From NCBI GenBank assembly GCA_963717935.1, contig CAVQXP010000004.1, positions 544,001-608,000 of the forward strand: a stretch of 64,000 nucleotides of DNA, given 5' to 3'. Both the position numbers and the translations under genes were made by a program. Position 1 is the stretch's first letter; each line of letters begins with the position of its first letter. The stretch comes from Candidatus Eiseniibacteriota bacterium (GTDB taxonomy: Bacteria > Eisenbacteria > RBG-16-71-46). A model generated the notes under the pieces. It had not been told where the DNA came from. It did not search any database and was given only the letters and a program-made list of their open reading frames with translations. Shown piece by piece: positions 20,862-31,476 of the stretch.

Positions 20862-21655
20862 GCCCACGCGCGAACGAGGGCGGGACCACCGGGACGCGCC
20901 TGCGCGCCCTGATCGCCGACGACGAGCCGCGCGCGCGGCAGTTCCTGGAGAGGTTGCTGGGTGAGCACGAGGAGCTCGAAGTGGTGGGGGCCGCGCGGAG
21001 CGGGGCCGAGGCGCTGCAGCTGATCACCAGCCTCAAGCCCGACGTGGCGTTCCTCGACATCCACATGCCCGATCTCTCGGGTCTCGAGGTGGCGCGTCAC
21101 CTGCGCGGAGCGGAGGCGCCCATCGTGGTGTTCGTGACCGCCTACGACAAGTATGCGACCGAGGCCTTCGAGGTGGCGGCGCTGGACTACGTCCTCAAGC
21201 CGCTCAAGCGGGAGCGCCTGGCGGAGACCGTCCGGCGCGTGGTCGCCGAGGCCCGCAACGGCCGCCCCGCCGCGCGCGCCGAGGCGCTGCGCGACGCGCT
21301 CGACTCGCCCGGGATCGCGAACCAGCTGTCGCCTCTGCGGCGCCTGCCGGTGCGGCACCGCCGGGAGGTGAAGCTGCTCGACCTGGCCCAGGTGCCGCTC
21401 ATCTTCTCTCGCGACCGTCTGGTGCTGGCGCGCTGCGAAGCCCACGAGTACCTCGTGGACTACACGCTGCAGGAGCTGGAGCAGCGACTGCCCGAAGGTC
21501 AGTTCGTGCGCGTGCACCGCGCCGCGCTCGTCAACGTGGACGCCATCGAGAGCTACGGCGGCGAGGAGGGCGTGCTGGTCCTGAAGCTCCGGGATGGCAC
21601 GCGCGTCGAGGCGAGCGAGCGGCGCGCGGCCGAGGTGCGCCGCCGGCTGAGGTAG
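20858..21655 (+). CDS. LytTR-family response regulator
   Basis: LIADDEPRAR, FLDIHMP, FVTAYD, DYVLKP and FVRVHRAALVN; ATGA overlap with the kinase. Confidence 0.94.
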   Translation: MSPRANEGGTTGTRLRALIADDEPRARQFLERLLGEHEELEVVGAARSGAEALQLITSLKPDVAFLDIHMPDLSGLEVARHLRGAEAPIVVFVTAYDKYATEAFEVAALDYVLKPLKRERLAETVRRVVAEARNGRPAARAEALRDALDSPGIANQLSPLRRLPVRHRREVKLLDLAQVPLIFSRDRLVLARCEAHEYLVDYTLQELEQRLPEGQFVRVHRAALVNVDAIESYGGEEGVLVLKLRDGTRVEASERRAAEVRRRLR

Positions 21656-21772
21656 GTTCGCGCTCCACGGAGGACGTCCCCCGGCCCGCGGGAGGGCTCC
21701 CTGCGCCGCCAGCCACCCGGGCCGCCGCTGACGCCGCCCGCACGGACCGCGCCGCGCGGGCGGCGGGGCCGC

Positions 21773-23233
21773 CTACCTCCCCGGCTCGGCCGGCGGCACC
21801 GGCCAGGGGATCTGCTTCAGCCGCTCCTTGTAGACGACGGGTTTCAGCTGGAGCGCGAGGGTGTCGGTGAACTCCCTGAGCCGGCGCTCGCGCGCGAATT
21901 CGAGCGCCTCGTTCCGGAGCGCCTGCTGGTGGTTCGGGTCGAGCCTCGCGAACTCGATCGGTCTGCCGTCCTTGCCCGGAAACTGCGATGCGTGGCGCTC
22001 GTAGGCGGCCCGCACGTCGTCCCCGGTGACCGTGGCCGTGGCCAGCACGAGCGTCTCGTAGGCGGACTGGAGCAGCACGTTCTCCATCTGCGCGCGCGCC
22101 TGGCGCGCGAGCGCGGGCTCCTCGGCGAGGTGGCGCTGGCGGGCCTCGATGAGGGCGACGCGCTGCAGTGCCGCGCTCTTCAGCCATTGTTCGATCATGG
22201 GCATGACCGACCAGTTGGGACGGGGCTTGGACGGGTCCTGCAGGTCCAGGACCGCCTCGCCCAGCGTGTAGGTGCCGGGCTTGCCTTCCTCACCGTCGTA
22301 GCGCACGAGCACCTGACGCGCCTCCTCCGGTGTGGGCTTCGCGGGCTCCGGCATCGGATAGCCGCTCACCGACACCGTGTCCTTCGGAGCGTTGTAGCGG
22401 GCGAAGAGCGCTTGCGGTGCGCCGGCCTCGACGGTCACGTGGTATTGCGCCAGCAGATCGCGCTGGGCGCGGTTCAGCAGGACGCGCTGTTTGCCCTGCC
22501 GCAACCCCTGGCGCAGCGCCTCGCGCACCTGCTCGAAGGGCTCCTGCTGGCGCGGCCGGCGCTCGATCACCTTGACGAGGAACCAACCGTCGGTCGGCGA
22601 CTCGATCGGGCCGAGCACCTTCCCGACGGGGCCGTCGCCCGTCGCCGTGTCGAGCACGGGCATCATCGTGCCGGCGGTGATGAACCCCAGGTCACCGCCC
22701 TTCGGGCTCAGGCCCGTGGTGTTGAAACGGTCGGCGGTCGCGCCGAAGTCGGCGCCGCCCTGGATCTCCGCGAGCGCCCGGTCGCACGTCGCGCGGTCGG
22801 GCGTGAACACGATCAGCGCACGCGCCTCTTGGGCGCGTCGCTGGTAGAGGGCCTGGACCTCGGCGTCGCTCACCGGCGCGTCGCGCGGGGCCAGGTGCTG
22901 GATCAGCGCGCGCAGGGCGAGTTGCTCCCGCGCCTGCTGGAGCATCCGCGCCTGGTCTTCGGGGCCGACGATGCCGCGCTGGAGGGCGTCGATCACCACC
23001 AACTCGCGCTTGACGAGGTCCTCGAGCAGGGCGGCCTTGGCGGAGTCGGGGCCTCCCGCGTACTGGCCCTGGTTGCGGCTCGCGACATCGAGGAAGTCAT
23101 CCACGGTGATGGTGCGATTGCCGACCCGGGCGAGCACGGCGGGCCCGGAAGAGCAACCCGCGAGCAGCGCGGCGAAGAGGACGAGGAGGGGCAGGGAGGC
23201 GAGGAGCCGGGCGGGAATCGGCGAGGGTCTCAT
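21773..23233 (-). CDS. Lipoprotein parvulin-type PPIase / foldase (PrsA/SurA-like)
   Basis: Lipobox LLAGC, VLARVGNRTITVDDF, KGGDLGFI, GPIESPTDGWFLVKV; start at 23233. Confidence 0.82.
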   Translation of the reverse strand: MRPSPIPARLLASLPLLVLFAALLAGCSSGPAVLARVGNRTITVDDFLDVASRNQGQYAGGPDSAKAALLEDLVKRELVVIDALQRGIVGPEDQARMLQQAREQLALRALIQHLAPRDAPVSDAEVQALYQRRAQEARALIVFTPDRATCDRALAEIQGGADFGATADRFNTTGLSPKGGDLGFITAGTMMPVLDTATGDGPVGKVLGPIESPTDGWFLVKVIERRPRQQEPFEQVREALRQGLRQGKQRVLLNRAQRDLLAQYHVTVEAGAPQALFARYNAPKDTVSVSGYPMPEPAKPTPEEARQVLVRYDGEEGKPGTYTLGEAVLDLQDPSKPRPNWSVMPMIEQWLKSAALQRVALIEARQRHLAEEPALARQARAQMENVLLQSAYETLVLATATVTGDDVRAAYERHASQFPGKDGRPIEFARLDPNHQQALRNEALEFARERRLREFTDTLALQLKPVVYKERLKQIPWPVPPAEPGR

Positions 23234-23385
23234 GGCGTTCCTTTGGGGTGGTCGTGGGGGCCGGTCGGCCCCCTGTTTACAGGAGTCCGGCGGTGGCTGC
23301 AAACGGGCCGGTCGGACCGCCCGGGAATCGGCGGGCCCGCTCCGGGCACGACCGGAAGTCGCCGCGCCGTCGCGGGGGCGGGCGC

Positions 23386-26300
23386 CTACGCGCCGGCCCC
23401 CGCCGGCGCCACCGCCACGGCCAGGGCCTGCAGCACCTCGCGCGTGCGGTTCAGCAGCACCAGGCCCTGGCCGCGCACGCGCAGGCCGAACTCGCGGCCG
23501 GTGAAGAACTCGACCTGGAAGGCGAGCATCCCGACCACGGTGCGGATCTCGGCGGGCCCGAGCGGTCGCCGCAGCACGAACTCGGTCACGTCCTGGAAGA
23601 CGCGCAGGCTCTCGACCTCGCTGGCGGCGGCCAGCAACCGGAGGCGCCGCAGCTCGAACAGCGCCACCGCGGGTGGCGGCAGCTGGCCGAAGCGATCGAG
23701 CATCTCGAGCGTGAGGTCGTCCAGCTCGTCGGTCGGTGCGCGTGCCGGCGAGGCGGCGGTAGAGGTTGAGCTTCTCGTGCTCGTCGGGCACGTAGTCGTC
23801 GGGCAGGAAGGCGCTCCAGTCGGTCAGGAGCCGCGGCTCGGGCTTCACCTCCGCGGCCGCGCCCTTGAGCTCGGCCACCGCGTCCTCGAGCAGTTTCACG
23901 TAGAGGTCGAAGCCGAGTCCGAGGATGAAGCCGTGCTGCTCGGGCCCGAGCAGGTTCCCGGCCCCGCGGATCTCCATGTCCTTGAGCGCGATCTTGAACC
24001 CCACGCCCAGTTCGTCGAGCTCCTCGATGACGCGCAGCCGCTTCTCGGCCTCTTCGGTGAGCACGCGCCGCGAAGGCACCAGCAGGTAGGCGTAGGCACG
24101 GTGCGCCGAGCGCCCGACGCGTCCGCGCAACTGGTAGAGCTGGGCCAGCCCGAGCGTGTCGGCGCGGTCCACGATGAGCGTGTTCACGCTCGGCATGTCG
24201 ATGCCGGACTCGATGATCATGGTCGAGACCAGCACGTCCCAGCGCCTGTCGAGGAACTCGAGCATGACCCGTTCGAGTTCGCGCTCGGGCATCTGGCCGT
24301 GCGCGACCGCGACGCGCACCTGGGGCACGAGCTTCTGCAGGCGAAGCGCGGCGTTGTGGATGGTCTCGACCCGGTTGTGGACGAAGAACGCCTGCCCGCC
24401 GCGGTCCACCTCGCGCAGGATGGCGTCGGTCACGACCTCCTCGTCGAGCTCGAGGATCTCCGTGTGCACCGGCAGCCGGTCGCGCGGCGGGGTCTCGATG
24501 ACCGACATGTCACGAGCCCCGGCCAGCGAGAGGTTCAGGGTGCGAGGGATGGGCGTGGCGGTCATGGCCAGCACGTCCACGGTGGTCGTGATCTGCCGGA
24601 TCCTCTCCTTCTGCGCCACGCCGAAACGGTGCTCCTCGTCGATGACGACGAGCCCGAGGTCGCGGAACTTCACGTCCTTCGAGAGCAGGCGGTGCGTGCC
24701 GATGACGACGTCCACGTCGCCGCTGGCGAGCCCGGCCACGATCTCCTTCTGCTGTTTCGGCGTGCGGAAGCGCGACAGCACCTCCACCCGGACCGGGAAG
24801 TCGGCGAGGCGCTCGCGGAAGACCAGCAGGTGCTGCTGCGCGAGGATGGTCGTGGGCACGAGCACCGCCACCTGCCGTGCCGTCCTGCACGGCCTTGAAG
24901 GCGGCGCGGATCGCCACCTCGGTCTTGCCGTAGCCCACGTCGCCGCAGATCAGGCGGTCCATGGGCCGCTCCGATTCCATGTCCTGCTTGACCTCGTCGA
25001 TGGCCTTGAGCTGGTCGGGGGTCTCCTCGTACGGGAACGAGGCCTCGAGCTCGCGCTGCCAGACGGCGTCGGTGCGGAAGGCGTGGCCCTGTGAGCGCCT
25101 GGCGCGCGGCGTAGGCGCGGATCAGGCCCTCGGCCATGTCCTGGATGGCGCGCTGGGCGCGTGCCTTGGTCTTCTGCCACGCGCCCGAGCCCAGCCGGTG
25201 GAGCGAGGGGCGCGCGCCCTCGCCCGCGGCGTAGCGCGAGACCAGCGCCAGCTGCTGCACCGGCACGTAGAGCCGGTCGCGCTCGGCGTAGGCGAGCTCG
25301 AGGCAGTCGGTCTCCTGCCCGTTCAGGGTCAGGCGCTGCATGCCGCGGTAGACGCCGATGCCGTGGTCCTCGTGGACCACGAAGTCGCCCAGCTTGAGCG
25401 CCGAGAGCTCCGCCAGCGAGAGTCCGCCGGTCTTCTTCAGGCGCCGCCGCCGCCGCCGGTAGCGCGCGAAGATCTCGTGGTCGGTGAGGACCGCCAGCCC
25501 GGCCGATCTGAGCGTGAAGCCCGCCGAGACCAGGCCCACCCCGAGCGTGGCACCGGTGTCGCCGAGCAGCTCGAAGAGCCGGTCGCGCTGCCCCGGGTTG
25601 TCGCAGAGGATGACGGGCTGCACGCCGTTCGCGCCGAGCTCGGCGAGGTGGCTCTTCAGCCGCTCCATCGAGCGCTGCACCGGCTCGGCGGGCACGCAGT
25701 CCACCACCAGGGTGCGCGAGTAGCGCCCGGCGTCGCCGGCCTCGACGATGGGGCCGAGCCAGTCCGCGCCCGGCCGCGAGGTGGCCAGCGCGTCGAGCGC
25801 TCCGCCCGGCAGGAAGAGCGCCTCCGGCGGGGAGATCGAGGGGTAGGGTCCGCGCGTCTCCTCGAAGCCGTGGCGCACGAGTTCGTCCAGCTCCTCGGCG
25901 CGCGCGCGCAACCGGCCCGGGTCGTCGAGCACGACGATCGTGTCGTCGGGCAGGTAGTCGGCGAGCGTGCCCAGGTCGGGGTCGTAGTGCGCGGCGAAGC
26001 GCTCCATGCCGTCGTGGAAGAGCCAGGCGCCGCGGGCCCGGGCGTCGTCCGCGTCCGCCCCGGAGCCGCGCTCCTCGCGCGCTGCGCGCAGCCGCTCGGT
26101 CACCGCGGCGGCCTCGTGGGGCTCGATCACGATCTCGTAGCGCGGCAGGACCGTGGCGGCGGGCAGTTGCTCGAGCGAGCGCTGGGTGGAGGCGTCGAAG
26201 CGCCGCAGCGAGACCAGCGTGTCGCCGTCGAACTCGAGCCGCAGCGGGTCGGCGAGCCCGGCCGCGTAGACGTCGAGGATGCCGCCGCGCCGCGCGAAGT

Positions 26301-26919
26301 GCCCGACCGATTCGACCTCGGTGAACCGTTCGTAGCCCATGAAGACGAGCCGCTCCATGAGCGCGCCCGGGTCGTAGTCGTGCCCCACGTGAAGCTCGAG
26401 CAGGGCGCGCGCGAGACGCTCCGGCCGCGGCACCTTCTGCAGCACGCCGCGCACCGTGGCGAGCACCACGCCCGACCCGGAAGCGCCCGCCGCCCGCTCC
26501 CGGGCGAGGCGGCTCAGCGTCTCGAGGCGCTGGGCGGTGATGCCCGGGTGCGGCGAGGACGGGTCGTACGGGAGCGTGTCCGGCTCCGGCAGGGCGAGCG
26601 TCGCGCCCGGACCACGGAAGTACTCGAGGTCGTCGCGCGTCTCCTCGAAGGAGTCACCGTGACCGACCACGTAGAGCACCCGGCGGCCGCTCGTCCGCTG
26701 GAGCCAGGCCGCGAGGTAACCGCGGGCCGAGCCCGTGAGCCCGCGCAGCCCCACGCGGGAACGGCCCGCGCGCAGGGCGTCGAGGAGCTCCGCCGCCTCG
26801 GGGATGCGCCCGGCGAGCAGGGCGATGCGCTCGGTCAGCTCGTTCCGCAGGAACGTCTCGGTGGGCGGCGGTGGCGGCGCGTCCTGTCTCTTCAAGCGGC
26901 CCCCCGGCTCGAGCGCCAT
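23386..26919 (-). CDS. mfd: Transcription-repair coupling factor Mfd (frameshifts near 25090, 24878 and 23735)
   Basis: [81 protein letters not shown] and DRFG. Confidence 0.95.
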
Positions 26920-27002
26920 GCCAAAAACCCGCCACGGGGATCTCCCGGGCGGTCCACGGCCGCGTTCGTGACGACGTCCCACCGCAGGGTGGGACCTGCG
27001 GC

Positions 27003-27032
27003 AGCCTAGCAGCGGGCCGCCGCGAGCCTCAA
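27003..27032 (-). promoter_or_regulatory. sigma70-type promoter for mfd (TTGAGG-N18-TAGGCT, extended -10 TG)
   Basis: Same TGC-TAGGCT -10 element as upstream of moxR. Confidence 0.5.
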
Positions 27033-27123
27033 GTGACGCAGGGCCCCCCACCCGCGGCTCCCGGCGGGCCCGGGGCGCCGCCGGTGAGCCGATTCCCTGC
27101 GCCCGGCATCACGGAAGGGGCTA

Positions 27124-27153
27124 TTGACCCACGGAGACCGGGAGGGTTATAGC
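27124..27153 (+). promoter_or_regulatory. sigma70-type promoter for the OmpA-family gene (TTGACC-N18-TATAGC)
   Basis: AT-enriched hexamers at near-canonical spacing; AGGAGG SD before the ATG at 27232. Confidence 0.5.
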
Positions 27154-27231
27154 TCAACAGACCAAGATGCCGGGGACCGGGGGCGCGACCGCGCTCGAGG
27201 TTTCTGGCTGACCCCGAAGGAGGTCGGCCCC

Positions 27232-28053
27232 ATGTCTGCTCCTCGTGTGCTGCTCGTTCTTCTGTTGCTGGTGGTTGTCGCCGGTACGTCCTCGGTCGCC
27301 ACGGCGAAGGCCGACGACTCGTCCGTCCCCTGCTGCCTGCCCGCCGGGGACTACGACCAGGATGGCGTCCAGGACCGCCTCGACGCCTGCAACAACACCC
27401 CCAGGGGTTGTGTCGTCGACCAGTACGGATGCCTGGTGGACACGGACGGCGATGGGGTCTGCGACGGCATCGACAAGTGCCCCGACACGCCGAAGGGCGA
27501 GAAGGTCAACAAGGTGGGCTGCAGCGCCAGCCAGCGCGCGGTCGCGAAGGTGCCGGCCACGCCGCCCCCCCCGCCCGCGGCCCAGGAGATCGCGCGTCCC
27601 GCCACGCCGCCACCGGCACCCTCGCAGCCGCAGTCGGAAGTCGAGAAGCAGCTGATCGAGACGGGCAACATCGTGCTGCGCGACGTCTACTTCGAGGTCA
27701 ACAAGGCCACGCTGCTGCCCGAGTCCGAGGCGCGGCTGGACGAGGCCGGCGCGGCGATCGAGAAGTTCGCGGACCTCAAGGTCGAGGTGCAGGGCCACAC
27801 GGATTCGCGCGGCACGGCGACGTACAACGAGAAGCTGAGCCAGGCCCGCGCGGAGACCGTGCGCGAGTACCTGCTGGCTCACTTCCAGCTGAAGGCCGAC
27901 AACCTCATCGCCAAGGGCTACGGCGAGAGCCAGCTCGCGGTGTCGCCGGAGAAGTCGGCCGACGACTACGCGATGAACCGCCGCGTGGTGCTCAGAGCCA
28001 TGAACGCCGAGGTGCTCCCCAGGGGCGTCACGATCGAACAGCAGGTGAAGTAG
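27232..28053 (+). CDS. OmpA-family peptidoglycan-binding protein with thrombospondin type-3 repeats (no beta-barrel)
   Basis: Signal peptide; DYDQDGVQDRLDAC and DTDGDGVCDGIDKCPDT; Pro-rich linker; VEVQGHTDSRG..YNEKLSQARA..KGYGE..NRRV. Confidence 0.92.
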   Translation: MSAPRVLLVLLLLVVVAGTSSVATAKADDSSVPCCLPAGDYDQDGVQDRLDACNNTPRGCVVDQYGCLVDTDGDGVCDGIDKCPDTPKGEKVNKVGCSASQRAVAKVPATPPPPPAAQEIARPATPPPAPSQPQSEVEKQLIETGNIVLRDVYFEVNKATLLPESEARLDEAGAAIEKFADLKVEVQGHTDSRGTATYNEKLSQARAETVREYLLAHFQLKADNLIAKGYGESQLAVSPEKSADDYAMNRRVVLRAMNAEVLPRGVTIEQQVK

Positions 28054-28071
28054 CGCAGCCGGAGCGGGTGG

Positions 28072-28105
28072 GGAGCCCCCGGGGCCTTCCGGCCCCGGGG
28101 GCTCC
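28072..28105. terminator. 15-bp perfect hairpin between convergent genes
   Basis: GGAGCCCCCGGGGCC-ttcc-GGCCCCGGGGGCTCC; no long U-tract. Confidence 0.7.
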
Positions 28106-28158
28106 GTTCGTGCAGGATGCCGCCCCACGGTGGCCGGGGCGGGCCAGCCGGTGGCCGC

Positions 28159-28500
28159 CTACGACCGGATCATCGTGAGCGCCATCTTGAAACGCTCGTT
28201 CGCCTTGAGCGCATGCGGGACGTTCGCGGGCATGAGGATCATGCCGCCCGCCCGCAGGTCGTAGAGCGCGCCGCCCACGGTGATCTCCGCCGCGCCGTCG
28301 AGGACGTGCACCAGCGCGTCGAAAGGCGTGGTGTGCTCGCTCAGGCCCTGGCCCTGGTCGAAGGCGAACACGGTCACGTTGCCGGTGGTCTTCTTGACGA
28401 TGATGCGGCTCACCACCGAGCCGGCCTGGTAGGCCACGAGGTCGGCCATCACTCCGGTCAGGGGGGCAGCGTCCAGCGGGGGCTTCTCGTCAGGCGCCAT
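28159..28500 (-). CDS. Cupin-domain protein
   Basis: FAFDQGQGLSEHTTPFDA...MPANVPHALKA. Confidence 0.9.
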   Translation of the reverse strand: MAPDEKPPLDAAPLTGVMADLVAYQAGSVVSRIIVKKTTGNVTVFAFDQGQGLSEHTTPFDALVHVLDGAAEITVGGALYDLRAGGMILMPANVPHALKANERFKMALTMIRS

Positions 28501-28515
28501 CGGATCGTCTCCTTC

Positions 28516-29406
28516 TCAATGAGTGGCCGCTTGCGCTGGCGCGCGCTGCACCAGCGCCACGCCGGCGAGCACCAGGAGCCCGCCGGCCAGCGTCGCCACC
28601 CCGACCGACTCGTGCAGCAGCAGCATGGCCGCGATCAACGTCACGAGCGGCTCGAGGTACAGGAACGCGGCCACCCGCGAAGCCTCCACCCGCTCGAGCG
28701 CGCCGTACCAGAACAGGTAGCCAAGGCCCGACGCGCCGATCCCCAGGTAGAGCACGGCGGCGAGCCCGGCCCCGGAGAGCGCAGCGTACTCCCGCCAGCC
28801 GCCGGCGTGCAGGAAGACGGGGGCGAGCATCAGCCCGCCGAGGAACATCGCGCCCGCGGTGGCGCGTAGGCTCCCGAGGCGGCGGATCGTGGCGTGTCCG
28901 AGCGTGGTGTAGATCGCCCAGTTGAGCGAGCTCGCGAGCATCAGCAGGTCGCCGCGCGTGCCCGGCAGGGCGAGCAGGTCCGGGGTCGCGCGCCCGCGGG
29001 ACACGACCAGCACGGCGCCCGCGAAGCCGAGTGCCAGCCCCGCGACCTTGCCCGCGCCGAAGCGCTCGCGCAGGAACAGTCCCGCCAGCACCGCCGACCA
29101 GATGGGGATCAACCCGACGATCCAGCCGGCGTGCACGGCGGTCGTGAGCCGGAGGCCGAAGGCCTGGAGCAGCTGGTGGAAGCCCACGCCGACGAAGCCC
29201 ATCAGTGCGAGCGGACCCCACGAGTCGCGCGGCGGCAGCAGCGGCAGGCGCCGCGCGGCGAGCGTGGCGAGCAGCAGCGCGGTCCCGAGGGCGGAGCGGC
29301 TGAAGATGAGCGTGACGGGCGAGATCTCCCGCAGCACGGCCCTGGTGGCGACGAACGAGACCCCCCAGAGGACGACGGCGATGAAGGCGCCGAGGCGCGG
29401 TGGCAT
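28516..29406 (-). CDS. DMT/EamA family transporter
   Basis: About 10 TMs; LWGVSFVA, FLRERFG, FLYLEPLVT, LLHES. Confidence 0.92.
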   Translation of the reverse strand: MPPRLGAFIAVVLWGVSFVATRAVLREISPVTLIFSRSALGTALLLATLAARRLPLLPPRDSWGPLALMGFVGVGFHQLLQAFGLRLTTAVHAGWIVGLIPIWSAVLAGLFLRERFGAGKVAGLALGFAGAVLVVSRGRATPDLLALPGTRGDLLMLASSLNWAIYTTLGHATIRRLGSLRATAGAMFLGGLMLAPVFLHAGGWREYAALSGAGLAAVLYLGIGASGLGYLFWYGALERVEASRVAAFLYLEPLVTLIAAMLLLHESVGVATLAGGLLVLAGVALVQRAPAQAATH

Positions 29407-29409
29407 GGC

Positions 29410-31476
29410 TCAGGGGCGCGGCGAAGAGGGTGGACGCTCCGGCCCGGCCAGCCCGAGACGGCCCACCACGCCCTCGGCGACGAGCAGCAACAGTGCCAGT
29501 CCCACGAACCACGTCCACAACTCGCGGCCGTAGCGCGCCTCGCGCACGCGTCGCGCCAGGCCCGCGCCCGGGTGGATGACCTGCGCGCGGCCCGCGGGGA
29601 ACGCGCGCAACAGCGTCGCCTCGGGCATGGCCGCCAGGTCCGATTCGCGCGGGTCCGGGTTCACGGCGAAGGTGCTGCGCACGGTCGCGCCCTGGATCAC
29701 GCGGTAGAGGCCGGGCCGTTCGATCGGTGCCGAGACCAGACGCGTCGCGCCCGCCGCGGCCACCAGTTCGGCCGGCACGTCGCGCCCCCGCTCGTCCTCG
29801 ATGCGCCAGAGACCGGTCGCCGCTGGCGCGCTGTAGCGCTCGCCCGGTGTCAGCGACGCGGCCGCCGTGCCGCGGCCCAGCACCTTGACCGTCTGGTGCA
29901 GGAGCGGCAAGAACGCGCCGCTCACGGGGAAATCGGAGGCCTGCGGGTCGAGCCCCGCCGCGAAGGCCAGCGCGCGCGCGCCCTCGACCAGTGCCGGGTG
30001 CGTGCGGTCGAACTCGAGCAGCGTGCGTGCGCGCGGGCCCGCGGCGAACGCGCGGATGGCGCGGAAGCGCGCGGTGGTGAGGGGCTCCCCGGGCCGCGCG
30101 GGGAAGCCCGCGAACGCGGCGTGTCCCGCGAGCGAGCGCACCAGCCGCCAGGCGGCCCCGGGTGCGGCCTGCTCGGCGCCGCCGAGCGTGCCCAGGCCCG
30201 CCTCGCGCAAGAGCGAGCCGTTCCAGAAGGGCGCATCGGCGCGGGCGCCGAGCACGACGAGCACGCCACCGCCCGAGCGCTGGAAGTCGAGCACGGCCTG
30301 AGTCTCCAGCGTGCCGAGCCGCTCGAGATCGTTCAGGACCAGCACGTCCGCGCCCGCGAGCCGCGCGGGCAGTCCCGCCGCGGTCACGGTCTCGACCGCG
30401 AGACCCGAGGCCGGGGCCCCCGCCTCGAGCGCGAGCCGCAGCGCGGAGGGCGGGCCGTCCTCGCGCAGCACGACGCGCAGCGTGCCCGAACGGCCGGCCG
30501 CGAACACGCGGCGGTCGTCGAGGGGCAGTGGATCCTCCGGGATCGTGACCACGCCGCCCTCGTCGGGGATGCGCGCGAGCGGCAGGAGCGTAGAGGTGGC
30601 GCCGCGCACGGGCAGGTCGAGGAAGCCGCGTGCCAGCTCCGTGCGGGTCTGCGCATCGTGCGCCTCGACGGCGAGATCGCCGGGGCGCGCTCCGTACGAC
30701 GAGGCCGAGACGGTGAGCGCGAGGCCGCTCTCCGTGGGTGCGAGCGCCGCGTCGGTGAGGGCCACGTTGGCGCGGCTGCGCGGGGCGAGCGGGACGAGGT
30801 AGACGCGGGTCTGCGCCCAGGGCCCGCCGGGTGCCGCGCCGAACGAGTTCGAGGGGAAGCCCGCAGCCTGGAAGTCCGAGACCCAGAACAGCTCGCGGTT
30901 CAGGGCGTGCGTCCCGGCCAGTGCACGGGCGGCGAATTCGAGCGCCGCGCGGTGGTCCGTCGTCATCGCGCCCGCGTCCAGCGCCTGCGCGGCCGCACGC
31001 AGCCGCCCCACGTCGCTGCTCGGCCGCTCGCTCCCGGGATGGGGGGTGCGGTCGTAGGGGACGAGAAGCAGTTCGTCGGACGGTCCGAGCGTCGTGAGCA
31101 GGTCCTCGACCACCCGGCGCGCCTGCGCCGCCAGGGTCCCGCCGCCCACGGGGGTGGCCGGCGTCGCGGCCCCCATGCTGGCGCTGACGTCCACGAGCGC
31201 GATCACGGTGGTCGCGGCGCCGGAGCGGGCCCCGGTGCTCCGCACGGCCGGCCGTGCCAGGGCCAGTGCGATCGCGGCCACCGCCAGCGTGCGCAACAGG
31301 AGCAGCAACCACTGCTTCAGGCGCAGGCGACGGATCTCGCTCTGGTTGACCTCGGCGAGGAACTCGAGCGAAGGGAACGGCCGCTCGCGCGGGCGCCGCC
31401 GCGTGAACAGGTGGATGACGACCGGGATGGCCGCGGCGAGCAGGCCGAAGAGGAAGAGCGGGTTGAGGAAGCTCAT
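29410..31476 (-). CDS. BatA-N/VWA domain membrane protein with GATase-like domain
   Basis: MSFLNPLFLFGLLAAAIPVVIHL, LALARP, MIDAS DVSASM, SDFQ and FAVNPDPRESDL...ELW plus C-terminal TM. Confidence 0.9.
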   Translation of the reverse strand: MSFLNPLFLFGLLAAAIPVVIHLFTRRRPRERPFPSLEFLAEVNQSEIRRLRLKQWLLLLLRTLAVAAIALALARPAVRSTGARSGAATTVIALVDVSASMGAATPATPVGGGTLAAQARRVVEDLLTTLGPSDELLLVPYDRTPHPGSERPSSDVGRLRAAAQALDAGAMTTDHRAALEFAARALAGTHALNRELFWVSDFQAAGFPSNSFGAAPGGPWAQTRVYLVPLAPRSRANVALTDAALAPTESGLALTVSASSYGARPGDLAVEAHDAQTRTELARGFLDLPVRGATSTLLPLARIPDEGGVVTIPEDPLPLDDRRVFAAGRSGTLRVVLREDGPPSALRLALEAGAPASGLAVETVTAAGLPARLAGADVLVLNDLERLGTLETQAVLDFQRSGGGVLVVLGARADAPFWNGSLLREAGLGTLGGAEQAAPGAAWRLVRSLAGHAAFAGFPARPGEPLTTARFRAIRAFAAGPRARTLLEFDRTHPALVEGARALAFAAGLDPQASDFPVSGAFLPLLHQTVKVLGRGTAAASLTPGERYSAPAATGLWRIEDERGRDVPAELVAAAGATRLVSAPIERPGLYRVIQGATVRSTFAVNPDPRESDLAAMPEATLLRAFPAGRAQVIHPGAGLARRVREARYGRELWTWFVGLALLLLVAEGVVGRLGLAGPERPPSSPRP

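Noticed and set aside
21773..24871. Mfd-PPIase fusion (1032 aa ORF)
   Set aside because: The Mfd C-terminus continues in another frame to 23386, and the PPIase has its own AAGGA SD, ATG and lipobox.
703..26919. Apparent pseudogenes or programmed frameshifts in rsmA, ecfT, the TonB receptor, holB, envC, the LytS kinase and mfd
   Set aside because: Single-base indels, several in G/C homopolymers, hit conserved housekeeping genes without in-frame stops or other decay and are confined to the first 27 kb. This pattern fits uncorrected long-read error.
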